The notes beneath the pieces were generated by a model. It was not told the DNA's origin, made no database searches, and saw only the letters and a list, made by a program, of their open reading frames with translations. Positions 15,811-36,768 of a stretch of DNA of 64,000 nucleotides are shown here, one piece after another; the stretch's first letter is position 1; each line of letters starts with the position of its first letter. Position numbers and translations under genes: made by a program. The DNA lies in NCBI RefSeq assembly GCF_009914755.1, contig NC_060931.1, one strand, 5' to 3'. Source of the DNA: the human T2T-CHM13v2.0 reference genome, Homo sapiens.

Positions 15811-16072
15811 AGTTTGAAAAAGCAGAGAAAGAAAAAACAACTAACGACACTGATAAAATTTATCAATGCCATGATTAAAAATAAAGAAGTTGCCAGAAGA
15901 GCAAAAATGAGACAGCAATACATAAATATGCAAAGATACTCTCATAAGTAACAAAAGGAAAAATTTCATAGTAGAGAAGCTGGTTTTAGAATAAATTTTT
16001 AAATTTTCATTAAATAATAAAAAGTATTGATTGTATGAATACTGGGAATAGATATGAATTTTATATATATAT

Positions 16073-16288
<216 letters not shown>

Positions 16289-16853
16289 TGAATTATATTT
16301 TCTAATTGACACAAAAGATGTGAAAATAAGTAACATACAATGATAATGGATGGGAAGCTTTCACGATTGGAAAGATGTCAATGTTCCACAAAATAAGTGA
16401 TACATTTCATGTAATTTCCATCCAAATACCAGTGGAATTTTTTTTTATGTGATAAAAGTAGCCTAAGATTAACTTTGAAAATTAAATGAAAATTGTGTAA
16501 AAGAATAATGAGAAAAGATTTGCTATGCTGTATCATTATAAAAATATTATGCCAAGGTTCAACAACTAAATCTACAGAATTTGTACGAAAATAAATCCAC
16601 AGAGAAACCAAAAACTTGAACACAGATTCTAATATAGATAAGAATTTCAAATATGATAAAGATGATGTTTCAAATCAGTTAAATAAATGGAGCTGGGACA
16701 TTTGGATTAACATCTGATTAAAAAAAAGCTTGATTCTCTTACAACACATATCAAAATAAGTTTTAGGTAACTTCAGAATTACATATAAACTGAAAACTTT
16801 AGAACTAGGAAATAATACAAATATTTACCTACCTTCAGAGTAGAAAAGACTTA

Positions 16854-17390
16854 TTTATTTATTTTTAAATTTAAACTTTTAGTATAAAGAGTATGCATGC
16901 AGGTTTTGTTACATGGGTAAACTGTGTGACACTGAGGCTTGGGGTCCCAACAATCCTATTACCCAGGCAGTAAGCACAGTACCCAACAAGCGGCTCCTCA
17001 GCTCACACTCCCACTCTCCCTCCTGTCTAATGGTCCCCAGCATCAATTGTTCCCATCCTTATGTTCATGTATATTCAATGTTTAGCTCTCACTTATAAGT
17101 AAGAAGATGTGGTATTTGGTTTTATGTTCTTGTGTTAGGTTGCTTATTCTAATGGCCTCCAGCTCCAACCACGTTGCTGCAAAGGACATGATTTTTTTTT
17201 ATAACTGCATAGTATTCCACAATGCATATGTGCCACATTTTCTTTATCCAATCCACTGTTGATGGGCACCTACCTAGGTTGATTCCATGTATCTGCCATT
17301 GTGAACAGTGCTATAATGAACACATAAGTGCATGTGTCTTTTTGACAGAATGAATTATTTTCCTTTGGGTATATGCCCAGTAGTAGGATT
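16854..17390 (-). mobile_element. 5'-truncated older primate L1 (L1PB-like) 3' end
   Basis: L1 3'UTR in reverse; TSD GTAGAAAAGACTTA at 16840-16853 and 17391-17404. Confidence 0.85.
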
Positions 17391-18654
17391 GTAGAAAAGA
17401 CTTAAAAACATAAAAGTTAAAAATCATTAAAGGAAAAGATTTGGCTAAATGAAGATGTTTCAATCCTCTACATTAAAAAATTATTAGCACTTTTTCAATA
17501 TATGGTTAATATATTTACAATACATTGAGGAATATCCCATAAGAAAATAGGCAAAAATTATGCCCTCAAAATTCACACACAAAAAATAAAAAGCCATCAA
17601 AAACCAAAACCTTTTTTTAAGTTTAAACTCATCAATAATGAAAGTGATACAAATTGAAACATGAGCTTCAAAATCTCTCAAACTGATGTCATTTTAAAAA
17701 TTAAGTGTTTGGTGTTCACAAATATTTCATGAAATAGAAATACAAATTGATGTTGGCAGATGAATAAGCTAAAACCACTGTATTGAAGAACAAATTCAGC
17801 CATGTATGTATCAAGATTCTTAAAACATGCATATCCTCTGGCCCACAATTTTACTTCTAGAAATTTACTTTACTTAAAGATATAGCCAGAGATTTAAGTA
17901 AAGATGTTTATCTAAATTTTATTTTGAACTGCAAGAGTATCTGAAGTATCCTTTTCTAAGAGAGGATTTGTTAAATAAAAAACAGTATATCCATAAAATG
18001 GTGAAGAACCATTAATATATGTTTCAAAAAATATTAACTGACATAGGAAATAATCTGTGCATTATCTGAATTTTGTAAAGAGAATGGATACACACACACT
18101 CACAACTACACACATATACACTTGTCTATCTGTAAGAAATTACACAAAAAACACATCACCATGTTAATAGTGCTTTTGTTCTTAGTGGGATTATAAATTA
18201 TTTTTATTGTTTTCTCGATATATTTTCTATTTCCTATATAATAATTATTTTAAGAAGACATCAACATTGGACCCAATAAATATGCTTCTTATATAGTGAC
18301 CTACTAATATATTCTGAAATGTGAGAAGAAATTTAAAGTTTTCTATGACAGCATTGTTCATAATCCCAAAAAATTAGGAACATAAATGTCGTAAATGTCC
18401 ATAAAAATCCTAAATGGAAATGATTAAGAAAGTGTAACATCCCACTCTGGAGTACAGTGTAGTCTTTAAAAATATGTCAGGAGATTTTAAGAACGTTTGA
18501 AAAAAGGAGAAGGATACGAATTTACAACTACAATCTAATATCAGCTATACAAAATGTATAAGGTCTAATAAACTAGAAGGAGATATATTAAAGTCTACAG
18601 CTCTGAATAACAGGATTGTGGATGATTTTATGCTTATATTTTATGATTATATAT

Positions 18655-18920
<266 letters not shown>

Positions 18921-19234
18921 TTAGAATGACTTGAGACACATTTAATATGTTAAGTAAAAACAACAGGATGCAAGTATCTCATATTTTTAAAAAAGGCAAT
19001 TGCAACTTTTACATGCAAATCTCACACACACAAACCCCCCAAAACAATTACTAAACTATGATTCACCAAAATACTAACAGTGGTTATCTCTAATTAGTCA
19101 AATAATTTAATATTCTTGATATTTTTCAAATTATAATATGCAAGAATATAATTTAATATTGACATTTTTCAAATTATAATATGCACATACTACCTATATA
19201 ATCAGAAGATTTAAAAAGAGTAATTGTAACTTAC

Positions 19235-19406
19235 TTAAGAATGTTTTCCCATGTTTGACTGTCATAAAATGCATGGCTCCAACTCATTTTTACTGTTCCA
19301 ACAATGACATTTTGTGAAAATACATCTGATCCTAATTTTCGATAAAGTTCCTCACATTCATCCAAGGGCATATGAAACAACCCCAACATGAAAGCTAATA
19401 TGGCAC
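19235..19406 (-). CDS. PNPLA8: PNPLA8 exon 7 (AILAFMLG...WENILK), 172 nt
   Basis: ttccag acceptor, GTAAGT donor, frame continuous. Confidence 0.95.
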
Positions 19407-20133
19407 CTGGAAAAAAGAATCCTTAGCTTTTATCAGTGTTAAGTTATAGCCCTTATGATGTAAGATTTCCTGAATCATAGTTTTGGCTTAAATTTTAGCG
19501 TTGATACTTTCTAGCTATGTCACCTGGGACAAATGACTTTCCTTCTCAGAGCCCCATTTGTTTCAGGGGTAAAATGGGAGTAATAAGAACAACCAAAATT
19601 CATGTGTCTTACTGGGTTAACAAATGTAAAGGGATTTACCAGGTCTCAAAAAGGATTAAATAAATGCTACCCCCAATAATGATAATAATAATAATTTAAA
19701 AATATTTACAAATGTGTTGTTTTACATTAAATTATATATAAGATACTATGGTAGATAATTCACGTTCTTTCTAACATCAATGAATTACTTAGTTTTAGTC
19801 ACAGAATATGGTATATTTGACAACTCACCAAATCACTAAGCAATTCTCCTTCAAGTTAGTCCTAGGAACCAATGTAATTAAACATATTAGGTACTCTTGG
19901 ATGTCCTTTTAAACAGCTGATTCCATATCTAGCTATAATAGGTAGGACACACTGCCACCTAGTGTGCCTAACTGGCATAACCATGAACAAAAGACAAAAA
20001 AGGAAGTACAAAATTTTGGGGTATGGAGAGAGGGCTGAAGAAGGCAAAGGACTATGATCTTAAACATAAGTGCTTAATGTTCTTTTCCTTAATGTACTGC
20101 CAGAATGCACCACTTCCATATAATAATAATTAC

Positions 20134-20228
20134 CTGTGCTTACACCACAAATGTAATCAAAGAGCTGATGAACTGGCTTCTGAGTAAGTTCAACTAATTT
20201 TCGTAGGGTCTGGAGAGCAACCACGCCC
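20134..20228 (-). CDS. PNPLA8: PNPLA8 exon 6 (GVVALQTL...FDYICGVST), 95 nt, catalytic Ser483
   Basis: AG/GT boundaries; GxSxG lipase motif. Confidence 0.95.
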
Positions 20229-20534
20229 CTACAGAAAAGATTAAAGACAAAATGACAATTCCTGTTTAAAGAAAAAATAATTTAAGCTGTTGAATAAAAC
20301 AATCTAATAATTGCTTTTAGAGTTTATATGCTAACATGAAAATTAATAATATAAATCAAAATCAGTAAAAATTGCCTGTCCAAATTTTTAGTATTACTTT
20401 TGAAAATCTAATATCTAAATGATAAAAAAACCTACACTAAGGCAGCACATTTTAAAATTTATATTAGTATCTCTCTCTTGTTTTTTCACTGAACCCATCC
20501 TTCTGCAGAACAGTATCTCTTTAAGAATAAATCT

Positions 20535-20670
20535 GGCCAGGCAGTGGCTCATTCTTGTAATCCCAGCGCTTTGGGAGGTTGAGTTAAGAGGATCACTTGA
20601 GGCCAGGAGTTCAAGACCAGCTGAACAATATAGCGAGATCCCATTTCTACAGAAAAAAAAAAAAAAAGTA
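20535..20670 (+). mobile_element. Alu left monomer
   Basis: Single arm with A-tail. Confidence 0.8.
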
Positions 20671-20924
20671 AAAAGAAGAAGAAATCCACTCAAATACACT
20701 TCTTAAGAATGCCAAAAACCAACAAACAACTAAATAAGAATACAAAGATATGCCAATATAAAATTGAAAAAAAAAACAAAAAACAAAAAAAAAAAAAAAA
20801 AAAACTGGAAAACACTTAAAAACTCACTCACTGGTTTTGGAATGCCATACCTTGGTTTCCTCTCTTACTAACATAGTTGGTCACCTATGACTCTATACAT
20901 TTTTGTCTTACATATTTCACCAGA

Positions 20925-21222
20925 TTTTTTTTTTTGAGATGGAGTCTCACTCTGTTGCCCAGGCTGGAGTGCAGTGGCTCACTGGGCTCACTGCAACCTC
21001 CGCCTCCTGGGTTCATGCCATTCTCCTGCCTCAGCCTCCCGAGTAGCTGGGACTACAGGAGCCTGCCACCATGCCTGGCTAATTTTTTTTTTTTTTTGTA
21101 TTTTTAGTAGAGACAGGGTTTCACCATGTTAGCCAGGATGGTCTCGATCTCCTGACCTCATGATCCACCCGCCTCAGCCTCCCAAAGTGCTAAGATTACA
21201 GGTGTGAGCCACTGCACCCGGC
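20925..21222 (-). mobile_element. AluY-like
   Basis: ttagccaggatggtctcgatctcc diagnostic. Confidence 0.88.
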
Positions 21223-22167
21223 CACCAGTCAGATTTTTAAGCTCCCTTTTCTTTATTCATTTTTAAAAACTCTCAATAACTTCAGGTTAACCCTCTATAT
21301 TAATGGTATATTAATTAATGTTGCTGACTTTGCTCATTTCTGAATCCTTGCCAACAGCAGTTAATAGCTTCATGAAGGAATGCGAAACGATGAAAAAGCT
21401 TAGGAGATATAGACCAATTGAGGGTGTATGTACCATGTAAACTGTCATGTGTGTATCATGACAATTTTTAACAGTGGGAGAATAAAAAAACGATGAAAAG
21501 CTCTATTCCCAACACAAGGTAGGGGGTAGGTAAGTCCTGGAACACAAAGGTAGTTAGGCATCAAAAAATTTTGAGTGTCAAATTGTGCTTGATAATGTTA
21601 ACAAGAAGTAACTAGAAAATTATGTAAGATTAAAGTAGAAAACCAAAGATGCTGATTTTTTAAATACAACAAATAATGTGCATTTGAGGAGAGTTAAGAT
21701 ATCTTATGAAAGAGGTACATTATTAATTCAAGACAAGACATGATGAATTAAATGTAATGCTGGATAAAATATATTTAACAATGTGACCTCTATTATCACA
21801 AAAAGGAAATAAAATAGGCACGTATATGTTCACACAGAAAAAGATTAGAAGAAAATAAATCAAAATACTAAAATAATCTTAAGAGTTGTGAGCTATGGTT
21901 TTGGGGTTTTTTTCTCTCTCAGGTTTTTCTAACTACTCGTATAATTGGGAAACTTAACTATTTAAAAATGTTGTACTCATAAATTCCGAATGAATTTAAA
22001 TACGTATATATCTGCCAAGTTGCCACAGCTGTCTGTGTCTACCACTGTAGGTTCTCTTATAACAAAGAAGTCAAAGACAGGGTTTTTTATTTTTTCTCTC
22101 AATCCCTCATACATTACTGCTTTCCGCACAAACCTCCCATCTGGGCTGCTTTCCCATATTCCCCTAA

Positions 22168-22380
22168 ACCAAGTTTTCTCAACAGCAGAACCGCTGACAT
22201 TCTGGGTTGGATAATCTTTGTTTTGCGGGGCTGTCCTGTGCACTGTATGATGTTTAGTCACAACTGTCCTCTTCAAACTAGATGCAAGTGGCAGTGCTCT
22301 AGTTGTGACAACTAAAAATGTCTCCAGACACTGCCAAATGTCCTTTAGGGAGCAAAATCACCTCCAGTGGAGAATTACTA
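22168..22380 (+). mobile_element. MER20 (hAT-Charlie) DNA transposon
   Basis: ttctcaac...gctgtcctgtgcactgt...tgccaaatgtcc...gagaattact resembles the MER20 consensus. Confidence 0.75.
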
Positions 22381-23268
22381 ACCTAAACCTAACTTCATCC
22401 TAACCCACCCCTAGATTTTCCCAAATTACCTCACACTGATTTCCTCCCTATATGACTAATACAACTCTTATTCTACAAGATAAACTATTTATTGGATACA
22501 AACTTCTTTTTCATCATGCTTGTCTGACCTTAGACATGTGAATGTTCTTCAATTTTCTTCCTTCCTTCCTATCTCTACATAAATATAACTTCTTTAAAAA
22601 GAAGTCTTGGTCCTGAGCATTCTTTAAAATAGTACTCTTCCTCTCTATCCCTTTACTTTGCTTTATTTTTCTTCATAGCACCCAGAATAACATATTTTTG
22701 TTTTTCTATTTGTTGTCTTTTCCTTCTCTACAATGCAAACACTGTATTGTTTTGTTTGCTCACTGTCCCCAGGATCTAAATCAGTGCTTACAACATAGTA
22801 GGCCCCCAATATTTGTTAGCTGACTCAATGAATGACACTACCTGTCCCAACTCCCCTGAACATTATGGCAGAGAGGATTCCTTCTGCTCCTTAGTGAAAT
22901 GCCCCTACTCATTTAACTGCCATTTTCCCTATTTTTCACCATTTGGAACCAATTCTATGAACTAGAATAATCGCTCCAGTTATCACTTTATCTGTATCAC
23001 ATGAATGACATACACTTTCTTAAGATTATTTCACTTTCCTGAGAAATAGCCTCTAAGATCTTTAAAGATTTTTCTCTCTTCAGTGGGCTTTTGCCAACCG
23101 AGCACTTCTGTATGGATATAATCTTATATTAAATATGTTCAAGAAAGAACTGTCTTTCCTCAACACCAATCTGTTGAGATTCCCTGCAGTTTTGTCCCAG
23201 TCACACACAGGTTTACTGTTAGAGTGATCTTGACCTATGTCTACCATATCCTGTCTCCGAGTTTCTTA

Positions 23269-23577
<309 letters not shown>

Positions 23578-24191
23578 GTTACTGGTACATTTTTCCTTCC
23601 TCCTGCCTTCCACTGCCACCATCTGAGGTTAGCTTCCTTCTCTCAGTACTTATTCCTTCCTTCATATTGATGTCAAAGTATAAAGGACTCGGGTGAATAC
23701 AGAACCAAGGAATTTAACAAAAAGATACAGGGTAGTACTTGAACATACAGAAGAGTGGTTGGCAAGTTGGTTATACCAAAAAGCAAAATCAGAGAGGTAA
23801 GCTAAACCTAAGAACAATAGGCAGGGCATGTACTATGAATTACAAGGTAACAGTAGAGATGGCAGGGAACTAGAGAACAAGCTAGAAGATTTTGGGGAAA
23901 AGGTTTGAAAAACCAAGCCAAAAAATCTAACCAACAAGTTGGAAGGAACTAGATAAACAAAGACTGAGTAGGAAGCATGGATGGATTGCCAGTAGTAAAA
24001 ATAGAGCTTAATAGTGAAATTATCTCCTTCTGAACAAAGAAAGAATTTATTTCTTATATGGCACCAGAACTGGCATCTCCAAGTGAAGACATCAGAAGTC
24101 AGGAAGTTAATATAGCCTCATTTTGTAACCATCACTTTATCAAGTAACTAGTTGATATATATGGGTAAGATAAGTGTAATAAAAGAAAGCT

Positions 24192-24519
<328 letters not shown>

Positions 24520-24798
24520 TCAAGGTTTTATGAGAATAATGGTTGATAAGCTTCTGAACTACCAAAAAGGTCTAAAAAGGCCAAATATAAAAATATAAAT
24601 ACTAAAATCAAATCAAATCAAATACAAAAATATAAATACCAAATCAAACCAAAGAACTGAAGTATATGTCAGAGTAGCACTTAGATTAATAAAGTATTAA
24701 TTAAAACAATTTCATGTTTTATTTTAAAAATTTGATTTTATTTATATCAAATCTTTTTTTTTTTAATTCCTAAAGCTGAATTGAATCTGTAGTTTTTA

Positions 24799-25131
<333 letters not shown>

Positions 25132-25141
25132 CTAGCCTTAC

Positions 25142-25293
25142 CTTGTTCCTCCACCATCAATTGAGAGAATTCGGATTCCTCTCCCTTTCACTGGATCCAC
25201 ATAGCCAATTAGGGCCAAAATTTCTCTAACTGCAGCCTGAAGAGTTTCATCCTTAATTTGTCTCAGTCGTAATAAATATGGAATAATTCTTTC
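25142..25293 (-). CDS. PNPLA8: PNPLA8 exon 5 (ERIIPYLL...ILSIDGGGTR), 152 nt, glycine-rich loop
   Basis: AG/GT boundaries; translation gives the patatin DGGGxR motif. Confidence 0.95.
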
Positions 25294-27356
25294 CTATATT
25301 GAGAGAAAAGATACTTTGTTGCTTTTGTCAAATCAAGACTGAAAATGTATGATTATTATTAACCAATACATGCAGTTCACCACATGACAACCAAGGTGAC
25401 AGTGTTCATTACTTTCTCAGTAATCTTATAAGACAGATTAGTTTTTGATATATTAATGTCAATTTTCTAGATTACATTTGTTCTAATATTGAGGACAAAA
25501 ATTAACCAATATTCAAAAGTTTTCATTAAAAGATGTAATACTTAACTAGAGAAAATATAATTTATAGAAATTTACAAATTATTATAACAAAAGGTTAACA
25601 TTATAAATTTTGTATAATATTTAGTCCAAATCCTGAGATTAAGAGGCTAAAACTGATTCACAGTAACTACTAGAAGTTAAACTGTTATTAAAAAGAAATA
25701 ATGAACCATCTTGTATACATTGCATATGGGATTCAAGGTTGCCTCATAAAAGAATACAAACAAATGTTAACAAAGGTAACTGAGGTGAGAAGGTAAAAGC
25801 AGGCCACTACAATTAAATAATCAGTTTAAATAAACCTGAGACTTCAAGATTCTAAGCACTCAACATCATATTGTTGATCACAGACAAGAGCTTAAATCCT
25901 AGAGTTCTATGTTGCTTACCAAAGATTCTCTAGCTTCTGTACACAGAAGCATCTTACATAGTCAGTACCGCAGGTTTAATGGAATGGCTGAGTGGCAGCT
26001 ATAATTCTGCTGTGCAACCTTCTGTAAATCAAACAATTTTCCTAGGTATCACTCATTTTGTTTCTTTTTTATGATCAATCAACCTGAAATACTCTAAATT
26101 CTTTCTCAATATTTTTTCCCCTAATATTGAGCTGTGAGGCCCCACTAGAGGAACTTGAGCAATGGTGGAGAATAATGCAAATTTCCATTTCCGGTTAAGA
26201 TGAAATACTCTGTTACAGATCAACGCTCACATCAACAACAAGAAAATCTTGATGAAATACAAGAAAAGTACCATCTGTTTAAAGGCATCAGACAGAGAGC
26301 TGCTGAAGCAACAAGAACAGATGGAGCCAAGAATCTGGAGAAGGAGTAATTGCTAGGAAGTGAGCTGGTAAACTATAGCTTTTCTTCCCTTGAGGCATTT
26401 GCTGATTCCAGGAAAAAGTAAAGGACCAAAAAAGTGAGTCTGACTCAGACAGAGGGCCCCAAATAAAGGACAGAGAAACCAGCTGATCGTTTAGCATCTA
26501 AGGGGTTTGGAGTGAAAAAAATGGAAGACCTGAAGGGCTTCAAACACATGGTTGGCTTTACCTCAAGACATTTGCTGAATTCTAAAATCATGAGGTGTGG
26601 AAGGCAAAAGGTAAGCCGAAGACCTCTGAAAATCAGAGTGGAAGGCTTTGTATTCTTGAGATTTTAGGACCCAATGAGATGGTGGTTAAGTGAACACACC
26701 CTGGAAGAATATGCCCAAAAATCAGGGCAAACTAGAGGTCTTACCCAAACTGTAATACAGCCTTGATCCAGATTTGACCCTAACTGAATTAAGGCTATCA
26801 GGGCTCCACTCAAATGCCAAACAGAAGAACAAATAAACCCCAGAAAAAGATATAATTTGATATAATCTAGAGCTTATGCAATTTTTTAAACTTACAATGT
26901 CCAGCATCCAGAAAAACTATAACGTATGTGAATCCAGTACCGAATTACAAAAACCAAGAATTGATGTTCATATTAGAATTACCACAAAAACATGTTGAAA
27001 TAAAAATAACAAAATAAAATTATCAAAATATATCAGATACCTATGAATTAGTTAAATAAAATCATTCCAATGGAAGTGTAAAAGACACCCAACACTGAAA
27101 ATTTTTAAAACACAGGAGGAAAATAAAGATGACCCGAATAATTGAAAAAATATGCCATATGTCATGGCTTGGAAACTCAACAAAGACCCAATTCACCCTA
27201 AATTGTTCCACATATTCACTGCAATCCCACCATGTTTTTCTCTTTTAAAAATTTTTTTGTAGATAAGGTGATTCTAAAATTCATATAGAAATATAACATG
27301 TCAAGAATAGCCATGCCAACAACATTGAGAAGAACAAGGTTGGAGGATTTATACTA

Positions 27357-27742
<386 letters not shown>

Positions 27743-27903
27743 AAAATACTGTGTCTAGAAACAGATCCATATATACATCTCATTTATGATAAAGGTCTTT
27801 TCAATAAATGGTGCTGAGTCAACTGGATAAGTGTATTTTTTAAAAGTCAGGACTTCTGACACACACCACACAACCAAATCTATTCTAGATGAATACTAGA
27901 TAG

Positions 27904-28283
<380 letters not shown>

Positions 28284-28719
28284 CAAAAATACTTTTATGA
28301 CTTTAGGATAGGCAAAGATTTCTTAAACAGGACACAAAATACTAACTATAAAGAAAAGTATTTATAAATTGGACAAAATTAAGAATATCTGTTCATCAAA
28401 AAACACAAGAGTGAGAAGGTCAGCCACGGAATAGGAGAACGATTTGTAAGACATACACATACATACCGCACATATGACAAGTGAGTTACAACCGTAATAT
28501 ATTTTTAAAATTCTACAAATAATGAAGAAAAAGTTGGTGAACCCAATGGAAAAATAGGCAAGATCTGGAATAGGTACTTCACAAGGAAGTATAAACATGG
28601 CCAATAAACCCTGGAAAAGATGCTGAATATCATAGCTATCAATGAAATAAAAAATTAAAACCATAATTTAGTATCACTTAACACCCAACAAAACTGCTCA
28701 AATTAAAAAGATTTAAAAA

Positions 28720-29091
<372 letters not shown>

Positions 29092-29578
29092 CTATGCAAA
29101 ACCATTTGGCAGTATCTACTAACGTTACAAATATGCTCACTCTGTGAGCAGCAATAGTACTCTTAGGTATATACTCCAAAGAAACGAAGACCTATGTTTT
29201 CCAAAAGATATAACCCAGAAGTACTACTACTAAATATTCCCAAACTGCAAACCATCCAAATGTCTAGCAATAGAGGGAAAAATGAAAAGTATACCCAACA
29301 ATATAGAAGGTTCTCACAAACATAATATTGAGTGAAAAAAAAAACCAGACATATAAGAACACATGCTGTATAATTCATAGAACATGCAAAAAGAGGCACA
29401 ACTAAATTATGCTGCTAGAATTCTGAAAAACTGATCAACCTTTTTGGGAACAGTATTTGGAGTGTTCATAAGATTGTTTCTCATTCAGGGTGGTGGTTAT
29501 ATAGATGTATTTCATGTGTGAAAAATCATGGAACTGTAAACTTACGATTTGTGTTGTTCTCTATATATAATATTTTTA

Positions 29579-30280
<702 letters not shown>

Positions 30281-30388
30281 GAAACACATTTAACTTAGAA
30301 AAACAAGGAGTCCATAATATTTTTTTTAAAGGTGCAAAAAAATTCATTTAATCACTGAGGCAGCTATTAAAGCAACACCTTACTTTGA

Positions 30389-32820
<2,432 letters not shown>

Positions 32821-32832
32821 GAAAACCGGTAA

Positions 32833-33684
<852 letters not shown>

Positions 33685-35589
33685 GAAAACTGGTAACTAA
33701 ATACAAATAAATTAAGCATTTCTCTTTCCTTTCCTGTAAAATTTGTAAAATTTGCCTTTGAGAATACCCAAATAGCTTCAGTTGATGAAGGAAGGCTCTT
33801 CTTTACAGAAGAATGTCAATTATAATGTAGGAGTAACAGAATTAGACATTGGTCATTCTGCAACTCTAATGAAATTATTAGTTCTGGAAATGATTAGGTT
33901 AATGGTTGATGAGATAATGCTTCTAGCACAATTGTCCAATGAGAAGCAGATTGTCATCACTTTAACACGGTGGTCATCCTTAGCATTACTAATGGTTGTT
34001 CAACTAATTGTCATGTGTGTCTTGATATGATGCATTATGAGGCACATGACATTACCTACAATGTGCTCTAACAACAAAATGTTTAACTCAATCAAGCCAT
34101 TATATTTAAATTCCAGTGTTCAGGAAATGAAAAGGAAAGAGGAACACTTCAAATAACACTGAGAAGGAAGAAGGCAGGTACATCCAGAAAGCGAGTCTTT
34201 CTGCCTGTTAACCAGCCTAATGTCTTCAATTAAATCAGTTTTAAAGGTGCAGGTGAAGAAGGTGTGGCTGAAGGACTGCGTTATATTTTAAGTGACTTGG
34301 AGAAATAGTCAGATGCAATGTGTGATCTAGACTGAACCCTCATTTGGATCTAATCAGTTACATAAATAACATTTTCAAACTGGGTACAGGATAAAGGGAC
34401 ATTTACTGATATAGAAAGGTATACATTATATGCTAAAAAACCAGATTATAAAACAACATATACAGAATGAGTTTATTTTGGTATATATGTGCATAGAATG
34501 ATTTCTGAAGGAATACTGTGCAGACATTACTAATGTTCACCAATACACTGTTTGCTTCCCCTTCCAAGCATACAGAAGGTTGTACTTTTCAGGCCCATGC
34601 AATCGGACAGGATAAACAGATTGTGAGTAGAAGAAACCCGTGGCAACTTCTGCTGAAATATTATTTCCTTGCCACAGAAATCAGAGAGGAAGACTCAATT
34701 AAAATACAGACAACAGGACAGGATCTAAGTAACCACCACACGGAGGTTCACTGTGCCAAAGAGTCACCCAAACCCACAGTTAACTTTGCATGAGCCAGAA
34801 ATAAAACTGTTTTGTTAAGTCACTGAGATTTCGGTGTTGTTTGCTATTAGAGCTTAAGGAAGCTTAATCCAATGAACACAAATAAACTCTAATACATTAC
34901 AGTGGTAATCTGAGGGTAAAATATATTATTTTTATTTTCTTATCTTTTCTTTCTTCTAATTCCCTACAATGCTTTGTGCTGCCTTCTTTCTAAACAGTCA
35001 AAGTTCTTCTTTTTAATTAAAAAACATAATGAAAGGAGACCACCTTCATCACAGTGAAAAAATTATCACAGACAATTCCCTAAATGTGGCTGCCATAAAT
35101 GTAGCATACAAAATAAGTAACTCATTTTTTTTTAGGGCATTACGTATCAGACATAATTCCCTGTATTTAGCTACCTTAAATATGGTAGACACATAAAAAA
35201 GTAAAATTGATACAGATGTTTTATAAAAATTCTATCATTTTTAAAAAGCTCAACTCTTGATAATAACAAAAAGTTTAGCTGGAAAAGTTCACACTAGAGT
35301 GTACATGCTGACACGTTATATGCAATTTGTCCAGTTCACTGTTTTTCAGATGATTATTTAAGGGAAGGGTGACAACTTTTTTCAGACTACCTAGATTTTT
35401 ATTCATAATTGATCTGAATATATATTCCTATATTACATTTTTTCATAGTATTGAAAGGTCCTTAGATTTGGGATTAGTTATGCAAGATAAAAGAGTCCTC
35501 AGAGTTTCAATTAGCAAGACTATTTAAACTGCAACTGAAAACTACTCAGAAATCCATCAGTAGTACAACTGGCCTTGTAAAAGAGGTTG

Positions 35590-35795
35590 AAGTGAGCCAC
35601 CTTGCCCCTTCTGCCATCTAAGTAGGTCATGAGAAGCTGCTGTCTAGGAGGAACGGGACTCTCACCAGACATCAAATTGTTGGTGCCTTGATTTTGGACT
35701 GCCCAGCCTCCAGAACTATGAGAAATAAATTTCTGTTGTTTATAAATTACCCAAGCTAAGGTATTTTATTATGACAGCCCAAATGGACTAAGCCA
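35590..35795 (+). mobile_element. MLT1A/MST MaLR LTR 3' part
   Basis: cagcctccagaactatgagaaataaatttctgttg. Confidence 0.65.
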
Positions 35796-36768
35796 GTATG
35801 TAATTCTATTTAAGATCTTTGCTTTCAGTATATCACTGAAATGTGAAATATACTTAAAAGCATATGTATATTTGAGAATCTTATCTTTTATGTAAGATTA
35901 TATAAATATAAAATATAATCCCAAATTATAGGACCATAAAATAGTGAAGCTACCTATAATAATGTATGTGTTATACAATACACAAGTAAGGATGGGTACA
36001 TTATTCAAAGACAATTTTTCAACAAGGTAATTGTTAAAAAGTAGAATAAATGTGTTCTAAGTTAAAACAATTTTCTGAATGCCAAGCTAAAAATAAGCAC
36101 TAATAGATTTCTAATGAAATGTAAGCAGTATCTATCATTATGATATTTTCAAATTTTTCATTAAATATTACAAATAATCTTAATAATATAGATGTAAAGA
36201 GACTCAATCACATTAGTCATATTTTATAGCACTTCTCTGAAAACAGTCCATTTAAGTGGGTCTAAATTATCTTCATTATTTTATAGTTGAAAAAACTGAG
36301 GCAAAGAAAAGCTCATTGTTTTACTTAATATGATTACTAATTCAATTATGAGTAAGGTCATTCAAATTTTTAGACTTTCAAATACGAAAGGACCATGAAA
36401 TAAAAACAACAGCCTCACATATGAATTATGTCTCCTATCTTAAAAGAACAGTTACATAGTATAAATATTTACATTGCACTAAAGAAAAATCTGGCAGCTG
36501 TTAGGCAATTCAACTAATAAACTGATTATTTTCTATTTTATAAATGTTTAATTTCAAAGTATACATATTGGTGCTAACAAAATAAAATGAATTGATTAGC
36601 ATAATGTATGTCACAAAATAAATAGGGTAATTACTGAATACACATCACATGTATAATAAAAACCACAAAATTCAAATGGAAAAATGAAAGGCTTTGCCTT
36701 CTCCATTTTAGATTTTTTTTAGTACTTCTATTCCAAGACAAAACTAGATTAAATAAATTAGAAATTAC

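Noticed and set aside
21385-21560. Short spaced direct repeats as a CRISPR-like array
   Set aside because: Only two copies, eukaryotic context; better explained as a TSD.
24583-24652. Imperfect AAATAT/AAATC repeats
   Set aside because: Low-complexity A-rich sequence with no evidence of function.
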